A stretch of 64,000 bases of DNA from an uncultured Gemmatimonadaceae bacterium (GTDB taxonomy: Bacteria; Gemmatimonadota; Gemmatimonadetes; Gemmatimonadales; Gemmatimonadaceae): NCBI GenBank assembly GCA_963716745.1, contig OY970320.1, forward strand, positions 1,344,001 to 1,408,000, read 5' to 3'. The notes under the pieces were generated by a model, which worked only from the letters and a program-made list of their open reading frames with translations, had not been told where the DNA came from and did not search any database. The position numbers were made by a program, and so were the translations under genes. The first letter of the stretch is position 1. Each line of letters begins with the position of its first letter. Shown piece by piece: positions 20,355 through 33,204 of this stretch.

Positions 20355-20936
20355 GTGGAACGACACCTTCTTCCTGACGAGATCGACCAGCTGCTGGACG
20401 GCGAGGTCGGCTTCGAGACAGCGCCGCTCAAGGCGCATGTCCGGAGTTGCGACCTGTGCCGTGGCCAGCTTGAGACCGCACGGCTCCTCGTGACGGATCT
20501 CGAGCGCATTCCGCATCTGGCGCCCTCCCCTGATTTCGCGAACAAGGTGATGTCTCGCGTCCAGCTCTACGTGCCCTGGCACGTGGCGCTGGCCGACACG
20601 GTGCGCGGCCTCGTGCCTCGCACGCGCGGCTGGCGCGTGGTCGCCACCGGCGGCCTCGCCACGGCGGCGCTCCTCGTGACGGCGGCCTCCGTGTGGGGGC
20701 TGCTGCACCTCGACGCCGTGCTCTTCGTTGGCGAGATGCTCTGGGATCGGCTCAGCGCCGGCGCCATGAGCGCGCTCACCAGCGTCGTGGCGACAGTGCT
20801 CGGCGTCGGCGCGGCCGAGGCGTTCCACGCAAGCGGCGGCATCGGAGTGGCGGTGCTCTTCGGTCTGGTCCTGGCGACGGGACTCGCGGCCGTGGGCACC
20901 GTACGCGCCGTCGCCGCTCGCTCGCGGACGCGGTAG
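20355..20936 (+). CDS. Zinc-binding (ZAS) membrane anti-sigma factor
   Basis: HVRSCDLC (HxxxCxxC) followed by TM helices; directly downstream of the ECF sigma gene. Confidence 0.85.
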   Translation: MERHLLPDEIDQLLDGEVGFETAPLKAHVRSCDLCRGQLETARLLVTDLERIPHLAPSPDFANKVMSRVQLYVPWHVALADTVRGLVPRTRGWRVVATGGLATAALLVTAASVWGLLHLDAVLFVGEMLWDRLSAGAMSALTSVVATVLGVGAAEAFHASGGIGVAVLFGLVLATGLAAVGTVRAVAARSRTR

Positions 20937-20941
20937 GCCCC

Positions 20942-22039
20942 ATGCGCATCTTCAAGAGTTTCTTGGCGCTCGCCGCCGTGTTCATGGCCGCCGCGAGTGC
21001 TTCCGCTCAGCAGACCGTGCCGGCCAGCGCCGGCCAGGCGCTGCTCGATTCGCTCGCGCAGGATCCGAACGGCATGAAGCTGCTTCCCGCCGAGGTCACC
21101 AGCGGTGGACGCACCATCGGCGAAAAAGAGAAGATCACGGGCACCGTCGCCACGTGGAACGGTCCGATCGAGATCCGCGGGACAGTCGACGGCAATGTCG
21201 CGGCGATCGGCGGCGACGTGATCGTCTCGAAGGGCGGCCGCGTGAAGGGCGATGCGCTCTCGGTGGGCGGCGCGGTGCGCAATGAAGGCGGCACGATCGA
21301 CGGCGAGACGCGCACCATCAGCGCGCCGACGATCGGCGTCGCACGCGCGACGCCGCTCACGCCCGCGCAGGCAATGCGGCGCTCGATCTCGCTCTCCGTG
21401 GGTTGGTATCTCGTGCTCGCCGTGATCGGCGCGGGCGTGATCCTCCTCGCGCGCGGTCCGCTCGACGCCGTCGCCGACGCGCTCCGCGCACAGCCGGTGC
21501 GCGCGTTCGTGATCGGCGTCGCGGCGCAGGCGGCGGTGATCCCGGCATTCACGCTTACGGTGGTGGCGCTGGCGATCACGATCATCGGACTCGTCGTGAT
21601 CCCCTTCGCGGCCGTCGGCCTCTGCGCCGCCGGCGCGGGCGCGCTGTCGCTCGGATTCCTCGCGGTGGCGCAGAACGCCGGCTCCACGGTCAGCGGCCCC
21701 CGCAACGGCGACCGCAGCTTCCTCGGCGCGCTGCAGCCCATGCTCTTCGGGCTCTCCTTCTTCTTCTTGCTCTGGGTGGCCGGCACCGCGTTCCCCTACA
21801 CGGGCGGCGTGGGCGTCGCACTGCGTGTGATCGGCACGCTCGCCACGTGGATCGCCGTGAGCGTCGGACTCGGCGCCGTGATCATGACGCGCGCCGGTAC
21901 ACGCGTGTCAGCGAGTGCCGCGGCGCAGATCAAACCCGCGCCAACGGCCGAGCATGAATGGCAGACGCCGACGCCCGTCACGGGCGTCACCGCGGCGCGC
22001 CGTCCCACTCCGGCTCCGCGCCGGGGAGCCGAGCGATGA
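20942..22039 (+). CDS. Membrane protein with N-terminal bactofilin-like beta-helix repeats
   Basis: Signal peptide; IRGTVDGNVAAIGGDVIV..GGRVKGDALSVGG repeats; several TM helices. Confidence 0.75.
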   Translation: MRIFKSFLALAAVFMAAASASAQQTVPASAGQALLDSLAQDPNGMKLLPAEVTSGGRTIGEKEKITGTVATWNGPIEIRGTVDGNVAAIGGDVIVSKGGRVKGDALSVGGAVRNEGGTIDGETRTISAPTIGVARATPLTPAQAMRRSISLSVGWYLVLAVIGAGVILLARGPLDAVADALRAQPVRAFVIGVAAQAAVIPAFTLTVVALAITIIGLVVIPFAAVGLCAAGAGALSLGFLAVAQNAGSTVSGPRNGDRSFLGALQPMLFGLSFFFLLWVAGTAFPYTGGVGVALRVIGTLATWIAVSVGLGAVIMTRAGTRVSASAAAQIKPAPTAEHEWQTPTPVTGVTAARRPTPAPRRGAER

Positions 22040-22930
22040 ACGCGCGGCGGTTGTCTCACCGCGCTGGCTTTCGTGCTCAGCGCGCTCGCGCAGCCCGCCG
22101 CGGCGCAGAATTGGCGCACGCTCACCGCGCAGCGCCCGCTCGGCCGCGATGATTCGCTGAAAGTGATGGTGCGCTATGGGATGGGGAAACTCACCGTGCG
22201 CGCCGCCGATCCCGCCGTGCTCTACGATCTGAACGTTCGCTACGACGCGAATTTCTTCCGCACGCAGAAACTGTACGATCCGGCGACGCACACACTGATC
22301 GTCGGCGCGGACAGCGCCACCGCCGAGCGATTCTCATTGCGTCCGCATCTCTTCGGCGGCGATGATGCGAAGGCCGTGAAGGACGAGGAAAAGCTCGCCG
22401 AAATGAATCTCGGCGTCGCGCGCGGCATCCCGATCGATCTCACCGTGAAGACCGGCATCGGCGCGAGCGTGCTCGACTTGGGCAATCTATGGATCGCGAA
22501 CGCGCGCATCGAGTCCACCATGGGCGATGTGAGCATCAATTTCAGCACCGCGAACCAGCGCCCGATGCAGGAGCTGCGCATCGACGCGATGATGAGCGGC
22601 GTCGGCGTGAAGGAATTGGGCAACGCGCGCGCGAAGACGGTGAAGATGAGCGCGACCCTCGGCGGCGGCGAAGCGAGCCTGCGCGGCGATTGGACGGGCG
22701 ACATGACCGTGGACGTGAACGTCGCCGTGGGCGGCATGCAGATCCGCGTGCCCCGCGACGCGGGGGTGAAGATCACCGCCGTCACCCATCTCGCCGGGAT
22801 CGACGCCGCGGGATTCACCGAGTCGAAGGGTGAATTCACGAGCCAGAACTACGCGACCGCGACGCGAAAGGTCTTGATCACCGGCACCGTGTCACTCGGC
22901 GGGCTCAAGGTGACGTGGGTGGATCAGTAG
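22036..22930 (+). CDS. Exported LiaF/DUF2154 ('toast-rack')-like beta-solenoid protein (indel near 22054)
   Basis: ATGA overlap at 22036, signal peptide ending AAAQ, repeats DLTVKTGIGASVLDL and DVNVAVGGMQIRVP. Confidence 0.65.
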
Positions 22931-22933
22931 GGG

Positions 22934-24364
22934 CTAGACCTTCTTCAGATCCCACCGCCTCCACTTCCACAATCCCATCATCGCGAGCCCGCGTCCAGTC
23001 GCGGTCACGGACAGCACCCACCAGATCCCCGCCGTTCCCCAGCGCGACGCGGCCCAGATCGCGAGCGGCACGCGCGACGCAGTGAGGATCGTCGAAGTGA
23101 GCATCGGCGGCAGCGTATCGCCCGCTCCGCCCAGTGCGCCTTCGAGCACCAGCTCCGACGAGGCGAACAGCGTCGATACCGCGCCGATCCGCAGATACTT
23201 CGCCGCCTCGGCGATCACCGCCGGATCGTGCGTGAAGAAATTCGCGAAGGGCACGGCGCACGTGTACTCGAGGAACGCGCCGATCAGCCCGATCGCGCTC
23301 GCCATGCCCACGGCGATCCATCCCGCGCTCCGCGCGCGGTCCGGACGCTTCGCACCAAGATTTTGCCCCACCATCGCCGCCGCGGCCGCGCCGAACCCCA
23401 CGCCCACCATGTACACCCAACTCTCCACGCGATGCCCCACGCCGAGCGCCGCGAGCGCGGGCGTGCCGAATCGCGACGTGGTCTGCGTGAGCAGCACATA
23501 GATCAGACTGAACGCGACGCCGGTGACCGCGGTGGGAAGCCCCACGCGCACGATGGTGCCGATGGTCTCCATCGAGACGCGGCCGAACTTCACCATGCCT
23601 CGCCGCACGAGGATGGTCAGCCCAACGATGAGCGTCGCGAACCGCGTAAGCACGGTCGCCACGGCCGCGCCCGCAATGCCGAGCTTCGGCGCCGGCCCGA
23701 GCCCCATGATGAGCACAGGATCGAGCAGCACTGCCGCGGTCACCGACACGAGGATGAGCACCAGCGGCGTCTTCGTGTCGCCGCTCGCGCGGAAGCCCGC
23801 GTCCACGGTGAAATAGCCGAACACTATGGGCGCACCGAGCAGATACAATCCGAGATACTGCTTGCCGAGCGCCGTCACGTCGGCCGGCGTATGCTCGATC
23901 CCGAAGAGCGAACTCAGGAACACACGCCCCAGCACCGCGACCACGAGGGACATCACCAGCGTGAACACCAGCGCATCGCCCACCGCGCGCGCCGCGAGTT
24001 CCGGCCGCCCTTCTCCGTGCCGCCGCGCCGCCACCGCGGTGAGTCCAACGCTCACCAGCTCGGCCATGCTCACGACCGCCCAGATCCAGAAGATGGACGT
24101 CGAGACCGCGGCGAGCCCAACGGGCCCGATCTTCGTTCCTACCCAATACGCATCGGCCGAGAGGAAGAAGATGAGCAGGAACATGCTGCCCACGCTCGGC
24201 AGCGCGACGCTCGCGATGGTGCGCACGAGCGGCCCGCTTACCAGCTTCGGATGCGCGGAATGCTCGTCGGTGACGGCGACGGAAACGAGTCCGTCGCGCG
24301 CGCTGATCGGGAGCGCCGCCGAGGGTTCCTCGAACGGCTCGCTCGGTGGCGCGGTGACCGTCAC
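22934..24364 (-). CDS. MATE-family efflux transporter
   Basis: GDTKTP, LDPVLIMG...GIAGAAVAT, VGQNLGA; about 12 TM helices; GTGA overlap with mrp. Confidence 0.93.
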   Translation of the reverse strand: MTVTAPPSEPFEEPSAALPISARDGLVSVAVTDEHSAHPKLVSGPLVRTIASVALPSVGSMFLLIFFLSADAYWVGTKIGPVGLAAVSTSIFWIWAVVSMAELVSVGLTAVAARRHGEGRPELAARAVGDALVFTLVMSLVVAVLGRVFLSSLFGIEHTPADVTALGKQYLGLYLLGAPIVFGYFTVDAGFRASGDTKTPLVLILVSVTAAVLLDPVLIMGLGPAPKLGIAGAAVATVLTRFATLIVGLTILVRRGMVKFGRVSMETIGTIVRVGLPTAVTGVAFSLIYVLLTQTTSRFGTPALAALGVGHRVESWVYMVGVGFGAAAAAMVGQNLGAKRPDRARSAGWIAVGMASAIGLIGAFLEYTCAVPFANFFTHDPAVIAEAAKYLRIGAVSTLFASSELVLEGALGGAGDTLPPMLTSTILTASRVPLAIWAASRWGTAGIWWVLSVTATGRGLAMMGLWKWRRWDLKKV

Positions 24365-25488
24365 GCGCGCGCGGGCGCGGGGAGCGCCTGCACGATCTTC
24401 TCCACTAATGCAGTGAGCGCGCGCGCCGCCGGCGATTCCGGCTGCGAGACGACGATCGGCACGCCGCTGTCGCCGCCCTCGCGCACGGGCGGGAAGAGCG
24501 GGATCTCGCCGAGCAGCGGCAGCTCGAGCTCGTTCGCGAGCAGCTGCCCGCCGCCGCTGCCGAAGATGGCGCTTGGTTTTCCGCAGTGCGGACAGAGCAG
24601 ATAGCTCATGTTCTCGACGATGCCGAGCACCGGCACGCCGACGCGCTGGAACATCTTCGCGCCGCGCAGCGCGTCGCCCGTCGCGACGGGCTGCGGCGTG
24701 GTGACGATGATCGCGCCGTGCACGTGCGTCGCCTGCACGAGCGAGAGCTGCGCGTCGCCGGTGCCGGGCGGCATGTCCACGAGCAGGTAATCGAGCTGTC
24801 CCCACTGCACGTCGGCCAGGAATTGCGTGATGATCTTCATCACGATCGGCCCGCGCCAGATCGCCGGCTGATCGCGCTCGATGAGCAGACCGAGGCTGAT
24901 GAGCTTCACGCCGTGCGCGTCGAGCGGCTGGATCTTCTCGTTGATCACCGGCGGCGGTTCGTTCGCGCCCATCATGCGCGGGATGTTCGGGCCGTAGATA
25001 TCGGCGTCCATGAGGCCCACGCGCTTGCCGCTCTTCGCGAGCGCGACCGCGAGATTCACCGCGACAGTGGACTTCCCTACTCCGCCCTTGCCGCTGGAGA
25101 TCGCGATCACGCGGCCGAGGTTCGGATAGGCGACGGGAGTTGGCGCAGGCACGGCTGCTTTGCGCGATTGCGGTTCCTGTCCCATCACCGGCAGCGCGCG
25201 GCTCTTCGGCATCGCGACAGGCGCGGGCTTGGGCGCCGCGGCCTGCGCCGGGTCCTTCACGTCGACGCGAACATCCTTCACCCCTTCGACTCTTTCAACC
25301 GACTGCCGCGCATCGCGCACGAGCGAGGCCGGATCGCGCGCATCGAGCAGGAGCGTGAAGCGCACGCGCCCGTCGGTGGTGACGCCGATATCGCGCACCA
25401 TCTCGCTTTCTACGACGTTTTGTTCGGTGCGCGGATTCACGACCGCGCCGAGCGCCGCCGCGATCCGGGCTTGCAGCGTGTCAGGCAT
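24361..25488 (-). CDS. mrp: Mrp/NBP35 (ApbC) Fe-S carrier ATPase
   Basis: SGKGGVGKST, DADIYGP, DMPPGTGD, ENMS...CPHC. Confidence 0.95.
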   Translation of the reverse strand: MPDTLQARIAAALGAVVNPRTEQNVVESEMVRDIGVTTDGRVRFTLLLDARDPASLVRDARQSVERVEGVKDVRVDVKDPAQAAAPKPAPVAMPKSRALPVMGQEPQSRKAAVPAPTPVAYPNLGRVIAISSGKGGVGKSTVAVNLAVALAKSGKRVGLMDADIYGPNIPRMMGANEPPPVINEKIQPLDAHGVKLISLGLLIERDQPAIWRGPIVMKIITQFLADVQWGQLDYLLVDMPPGTGDAQLSLVQATHVHGAIIVTTPQPVATGDALRGAKMFQRVGVPVLGIVENMSYLLCPHCGKPSAIFGSGGGQLLANELELPLLGEIPLFPPVREGGDSGVPIVVSQPESPAARALTALVEKIVQALPAPARA

Positions 25489-25742
25489 TGCGCACTTCGG
25501 TGATCTCCGGCACGCGGAGGCGGAGGTGCGCTTCGATGCCGGCGCGGAGTTCTGTGGCGGTCATGGTGCAGTCGGGGCAGTCGCCGGCGATGCGGAGGAT
25601 GGTCACGCCTGTTGCGGAGTCGAAGGCAGAAGAGCGCGAGGTCCATTTTTTCGATGTGCAATAGCGGACGCATGCCTTCTATTGCGGCGGCGATGCGCCG
25701 GGAGATATCGGCTGGGTCTGGTTTCTTGTTGAATAGTGCCAT
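25481..25742 (-). CDS. NifU/Nfu C-terminal-like Fe-S scaffold (indel near 25630)
   Basis: Corrected frame reads MRPLL...LRIAGDCPDCTMTATELRAGIEAHLRLRVPEITEVRNA*; overlaps the mrp start. Confidence 0.8.
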
Positions 25743-25801
25743 GAGAAGGAATCTATGCGGGTTCGCGAAGAACTGCGGTGCTTGCCACCAGCGCGCTTAG
25801 C

Positions 25802-25960
25802 GTTGCAGCAAACAGCAAACAGTCACGAGTGACCGCCAGTCAACAGTTCTCAGTCAACAGGTCACAGAAAGCAGTCCCATGCTCGATCCGTTTTCTGTGA
25901 GCTGTGAACTGTTGACTGTAGACTGGCAGTCACTCGTGACTGTTTTCTGTTGACTGCAAC
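25802..25960. repeat. 159-bp palindromic element with ACAGTCA heptad arms, copy 1
   Basis: ~68-nt imperfect inverted arms (AACAGTCACGAGTGAC.GCCAGTC...CACAGAAA / TTTCTGTG...GACTGGCAGTCACTCGTGACTGTT) around a ~20-nt loop; homologous to 30617-30772. Confidence 0.9.
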
Positions 25961-25990
25961 TCTCACGCCCTGGTGGCCCGGCAGTTGTCG

Positions 25991-27023
25991 TTACCCCTCC
26001 AAGAAAGCTCGCGCCGCGTCAACGACTTTATCTCGCACTTCCTCGAGCCGCCCAGCAATCATCGCCCCCGCCGCCCGGGCATGCCCTCCACCCCCGAACT
26101 GGCGAGCGAATGCATTCACATCCACCCCACCCGTACTCCGAAAACTCACCTTCACCTGCCCATGCCCAAGATCGCGGAAGAACAATGCCATCTTCGTCCC
26201 CGCAACACTGCGCGGATATTCCGAGAGACCGTCAAGATCCTCCGATTTCACGTCGTATTTCTCGAGCACGCCCGCCGGCAGCGTGATCCACGACAAGATT
26301 GTGCGCGGCATCCACTTGCAAGGAATCCAGCGCGTCGCGCAACAGATGCAATCGCCCGATGCTCACCTGCGCGTAGATGCGCCGATACATTTCCTCCGGC
26401 TCCACGCCCGCCGCGAGCAATTGCGCGGCCACGGCGTGACAGCGCGGCGACGTATTCGAGAATCGGAATCCACCCGTGTCCGTGAGCAGCGCGGTATACA
26501 ACGCGCGCGCGATGTGCGGCGTGATCTCCAATTCCATCACGCGCGCGAGATCGAATACCAACTCCCCGGTCGCGCATGCCGCGGTGTCGGTCACGATCAC
26601 CTCGCCCGGCGGCTCGGCGGCCGGCACGTGATGATCGATCACCAATTTCGGACCCTTGAACGCGCGCACGGTGTCGGCCAGTGAGCCGAGCCGTTTCACG
26701 TCGCTGATATCGAGCACCACGAGAATGTCCGCGCCCGCGAGTGCCTTCACGCCGTCGGCGCTGCGATCGGTCACGCCATCGAGCAGGAAGGAGAACAATC
26801 CCGGCCAGGGCGTGGGATTCACAATGCGCGACTTCACTCCGCGCTGCGCGAGGAGCAGCGCGAGCGCCGCCTCCGAGCCACAGCCGTCGCCGTCGGAATT
26901 GATGTGCGTGCTCAACACCGCCGTCATGCCCGGCTTGAACGATTTCGCGAGCCGCTCGAGCGCCTCTTTGCGCGCGTGCGGGATGGCGAGCGGACTATGG
27001 AGTGGTGGAGTCTTCGGCGTCAT
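25991..27023 (-). CDS. nrnA: DHH/DHHA1 phosphoesterase (NrnA nanoRNase/pAp phosphatase); indel near 26295
   Basis: HINSDGD, IDHH, TDTGGF, KVSFRS, GGGGHARAAG. Confidence 0.9.
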
Positions 27024-27096
27024 TCATGGAGGGCGAAAGCCAAGCGGCGCCCGCAAACCATCGCGGGCGCCGCTGGAAACATAATGCCTGCGCGCG

Positions 27097-28557
27097 TCAG
27101 CCGCCCGCGGCGTTCCCGAGCTTGGAATGGGATCTTCCGTACCAGAAGTAGATGATCAATCCCAGCGCCATCCAGATCACGAGCCGGATCCACGTGTCCA
27201 TCGGCAGGAAGACCATCATGCCGAAGCAATTGATCACGCCAAGGATGGGCACGAGCGGCACGAGCGGCGTCTTGAACGGGCGCGCCTGGCCGGGGTTGTT
27301 CACGCGCATCACCCACACCCCGATGCACACGATCACGAACGCGAGCAGCGTACCGATCGACACGAGTTCGCCGAGCAATCCCACCGGCAGGAGGCCGGCC
27401 ACGATCGCCGCGACGAGGCCGGTGAGGATCTGCGGGATATACGGCGTGCGGAACTTCGGATGCACCTTGCTGAACGCCGGCGGCAGCAGACCATCGTTCG
27501 ACATCGAGAAGAAGATGCGCGGCTGCGCCATGAGCATCACGAGCACGACGCTCGCGAGTCCGAGCACGGCGCCGAGGTTCACGATCCAGCCGAGCCATGC
27601 GAGTGCCGGGCCGGCCGCGTCGATCGCGACGGACACCGGGTGCGCCACATTGAGCGTGGTGTACGGCGCGAGCCCCGTCATCACGAGCGACATCAGGATG
27701 TAGAGCACCGTGCAAATACCGAGCGAGAGCAGGATGCCAATGGGCAGATCCTTCTGCGGATTGCGCGCTTCCTGCGCCGCGGTACTCACGGCGTCGAATC
27801 CGATATAAGCGAAGAAGACGACGGCCGCCGCGCGGATGATGCCGCTAATGCCGAACTGACCGAAGGTGCCGGTATTCTCGGGGATCCACGGATGCCAATT
27901 CGCCGGCTTCACGTACATCGAGCCGAATCCGATCACGAGGAACACGATCGCGACCTTCAGGAACACGATCACGTTGTTGAAATTCGCACTCTCCTTGATG
28001 CCGATCACGAGCAGCGTGGTCATCGCGAAGATCAGGATCACGGCGGGCAGATTGATGATGCCGCCGGGAATGTGCACGAGATTATGCGTGCCCTCGAGAC
28101 CGAATGGCGCCGTGGTCCAGCCAACAGGCAGATCGATTCCGAAATTCTTCATGAGCGCGCCGAAATATCCCGACCAGCCCACCGCCACGGTGGCCGCGCC
28201 GAAGAGATACTCGAGGATGAGGTCCCAGCCGATGATCCACGCCACGAACTCGCCCATAGTGGCGTACGCATACGTGTACGCGCTGCCGGCGATCGGGATC
28301 ATGCTCGCGAACTCGGCGTAGCACAGTCCCGCGAACAGGCAGCCCATGCCCGCGATCACGAACGAGAGCGGGATCGCCGGGCCCGCATATTGCGCGGCCG
28401 CGCTCCCAGTAAGCACGAAGATACCGGCGCCGATGATCGCGCCGATCCCGAGCATCGTGAGGTTGGACGCGCTCAGCGCGCGCTTGAGAGTCCCCGCACC
28501 TTCCGCGGAGGCCTCCGCCTGCAGCGAGGCAATGCTTTTCGTAGACGATAGGCTCAT
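27097..28557 (-). CDS. APC-family amino acid permease (cationic amino acid transporter-like)
   Basis: GIGAIIGAGIF, LCYAEFAS, GSAYTY, FFAYIGFD, ELVSIGTL. Confidence 0.93.
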   Translation of the reverse strand: MSLSSTKSIASLQAEASAEGAGTLKRALSASNLTMLGIGAIIGAGIFVLTGSAAAQYAGPAIPLSFVIAGMGCLFAGLCYAEFASMIPIAGSAYTYAYATMGEFVAWIIGWDLILEYLFGAATVAVGWSGYFGALMKNFGIDLPVGWTTAPFGLEGTHNLVHIPGGIINLPAVILIFAMTTLLVIGIKESANFNNVIVFLKVAIVFLVIGFGSMYVKPANWHPWIPENTGTFGQFGISGIIRAAAVVFFAYIGFDAVSTAAQEARNPQKDLPIGILLSLGICTVLYILMSLVMTGLAPYTTLNVAHPVSVAIDAAGPALAWLGWIVNLGAVLGLASVVLVMLMAQPRIFFSMSNDGLLPPAFSKVHPKFRTPYIPQILTGLVAAIVAGLLPVGLLGELVSIGTLLAFVIVCIGVWVMRVNNPGQARPFKTPLVPLVPILGVINCFGMMVFLPMDTWIRLVIWMALGLIIYFWYGRSHSKLGNAAGG

Positions 28558-28663
28558 CGGACTCCTGACTTCATGGTGTAGAGGGACTGATGTTGATCTA
28601 CCATACGCTATACGCGCCCTTACTTGACCAGCCGCGCTATCTTCTCCGTCGAAATCGCCTTTG

Positions 28664-30608
28664 TCAAGGCGCGACACCCTTCAGCGCGCTCTCGCACGCC
28701 TTCTGCAGCGCCTTTCGAAATCCACGCACATGATCCGGCGCCGGCGGCGGGCTCACGAGGAACGGATCCATCACGGTGGAGCGAAGCACCACCAGCCCAC
28801 TCGCGCCGTTCGCCTTCCACTCCGCCGGCGTGCAAACGCCTAACGCCTGGAGCAGTGGATCCACTGCGCCGTCATACATGGGACTTTGGAATCGCGTGCG
28901 CGTGATGATGTACTCCGGTTGCGCACCCGGCCGCGCGAGACTCATGCGCTCATAGATCGCCTCATTGAACGCATTCACCGCCGCCAGCGTTGTGAGCGAC
29001 GGATGATGCATCACCCAGCAGACGATGTTGATGTCCGGCTCCGGCAGCATCACGGCGCGGAATTCGCCGAGTCTCTCGCTCCCGAGCGCGGCGTGCAAGC
29101 CGCTGCGCGCCGAGCACGCTGCGCTCGATGAGATGGCCGTATCCCTTCTCGTTGAGCGGCAGAACTTTGTGACTGAGCCACACGCTCGCCGCGCTCGCGC
29201 CGGGCTTCGACCCCTCGAAGATGTATCGCCCAAGGAATCGCTCTTCACTCGCTGAAGTGCCGCCCGTCTCGCCCACGGGCGCGAGATACGGCGGATCGGT
29301 GCTTACCAAGTCCCGCGCGCGGCGGTCCCGCAGCAGGAAGGCGCCCGCGGGATACGGACAGTAGCCGAGCTTGTGCGGATCGATCGTCACGGAGTCGGCG
29401 CGCGACAGCGCCTCCATCGCGCGCACCCACTCCTCGGTGGGCCAATCGAGCCCCAGCAGCGACGCCCTGATCTCGGTCGCGCCGCGTCGCTCGTTGTGTT
29501 CGGTCCATGTGACGCTAGCGGCGTAGCCTCCGTAGCACGCATCCGAATGCACGTGATAGGTGACGCCGAGCTCTGTCTCCGCGCGTTCGCGCACCGCGAG
29601 CACCGCGTCGAGGCGGTCCACCGCGCTCTCTTCGGTGGTGCCGCAGACGCTCACGCACGCCATGATCGGAATGTTCTTCGCCGAATGATCGCGCACGCGC
29701 TCCCAGAGGGCGGCGGGGTCCATGCGATAGTTCGCGTCGACCGGCACGTGCACGATCTGATTGGACCCGATGCCGAGCGCCCGCACGATCTTCTCCCACG
29801 AGTAATGCGCGGTGGCAGCAACGAGCACGACGCCGGCGGGCAGCGGATCGCCGTAGGCTTTGCTGAGCCGCCGCGCGTAGTCCTGGTAGCCGACGGTGGC
29901 GAGCGAGTGTTCGCTGAGCGCTTGCTGCACGCGCTCGCGCGGCGCGGCGTCGAAGAGCGCATGCCAGAGATCGAGCGCGGCGGCGTTCGTGATGTTCACG
30001 AGCTTCCAGAGCGGCAGCTCGCGCACGGGCGCGCGCGTGCCGCCGGGCAGGGCGACATCGAGTGATACGCCCAGCTCGCTCGCCGCGCCCGCGACGGCGA
30101 TCGGGAGATAGGCGATGTTCCGCGCGATCCAGAGCGCCTCGAAATTCGCGACCGTGCCGCCCGAGGTGATGTGACCCCACGAGGAAGAGGGATCGTAACC
30201 GATCATGCGCATGAGATCGGCGGCGACCTCCAGCTCGAGCCGCGTAGTGACGGGCGAGCCTTCGAAGGCGACGTTGTTCGGATTGTAGAGCATTGCCGCG
30301 AAATAGCCGAGCTGGCTCGCGAGCGTTTGCTCGAAAGACATATGGCCCTTATAGCGGCCACTGAAGAAGGGAACGCCGCGTTTCAATTCCGCGAGGAGAC
30401 CCATGAGTTCTTGGGTCATGGTCGCGACGGCGCGTTCGTAGCCTTCACTGCGCTTATCGGTCTCGCGGATGGTGAAGCCGTCTTCGGGATGGAAATTGCG
30501 GCGCCAGAAGACGTGGTCGCGGAGGGACTCGACGATGAGGCGTTCGAGGAGTTCCGCGTTCTCAGCGCGGGGCCCTAAGAACCAAGCGGGGAGAGCTGGA
30601 TTTGGCAT
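28664..30608 (-). CDS. Group II PLP-dependent amino acid decarboxylase (tyrosine decarboxylase-like); indel near 29100
   Basis: YNPNNV, SGGTVAN, HYSW, GTTEESAVD, HSDACYGGY, SVTIDPHKLGYCPYPAG, EGSKPGA. Confidence 0.88.
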
Positions 30609-30616
30609 TCTGATCG

Positions 30617-30772
30617 GCAGCTAACAGTAAACAGTCACGAGTGACCGCCAGTCGACAGTCAACAGTCAACAGCTCACAGAAATCAGTCCCGCGCGCGATC
30701 CGTTTTCTGTGACCTGTTGACTGTTGACTGTCGACTGGCAGTCACTCGTGACTGTTTACTGTTGACTGCAAC
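30617..30772. repeat. Palindromic element with ACAGTCA heptad arms, copy 2
   Basis: Same arms and similar loop (CAGTCCC...CGATCCG) as 25802-25960, same orientation; abuts the guaB stop codon. Confidence 0.9.
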
Positions 30773-32795
<2,023 letters not shown>

Positions 32796-32799
<4 letters not shown>

Positions 32800-33179
32800 T
32801 TCTTCGCGGACTCGGCGGGCGCCGCGGGAGTCGCGGCCGGTTGCGGCGCGGGCGGCGCTTTGCGCTCGGCAGTCATGCGCACGGCGGTGTCCACCGCGTC
32901 GTTCGCGATGGATTTTCCGGTGGCCGCGACGCCGCCGAGCACGTTCATCGCCTTGTTGAGCAGCCCCATCGTCTCGGCGATCGTGGACGCACTCACTTTC
33001 CCTGCGCGCAGTGTGTCCTCTACGCCTTCGGCGAATCGCTCGAACACGCCGGGGGCGACGGCGGTCTTGCCGGCGTATTTCGACTCGAGGAATTCCACGT
33101 AGTCGAGCAGCTGATATCCGCGCTCGTCGGGGAGCTCATCGAGTTTGCGAACGATCCGCTCGCGAAGATTCTGATTCAT
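32796..33179 (-). CDS. Hypothetical protein (DUF2281-like N-terminus)
   Basis: LDELPDERGYQLLDYVEFL; ATGA-coupled to the DUF1232 gene. Confidence 0.65.
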
Positions 33180-33204
33180 GCCGCCACCGCCGTTAGGGTC
33201 ATGC

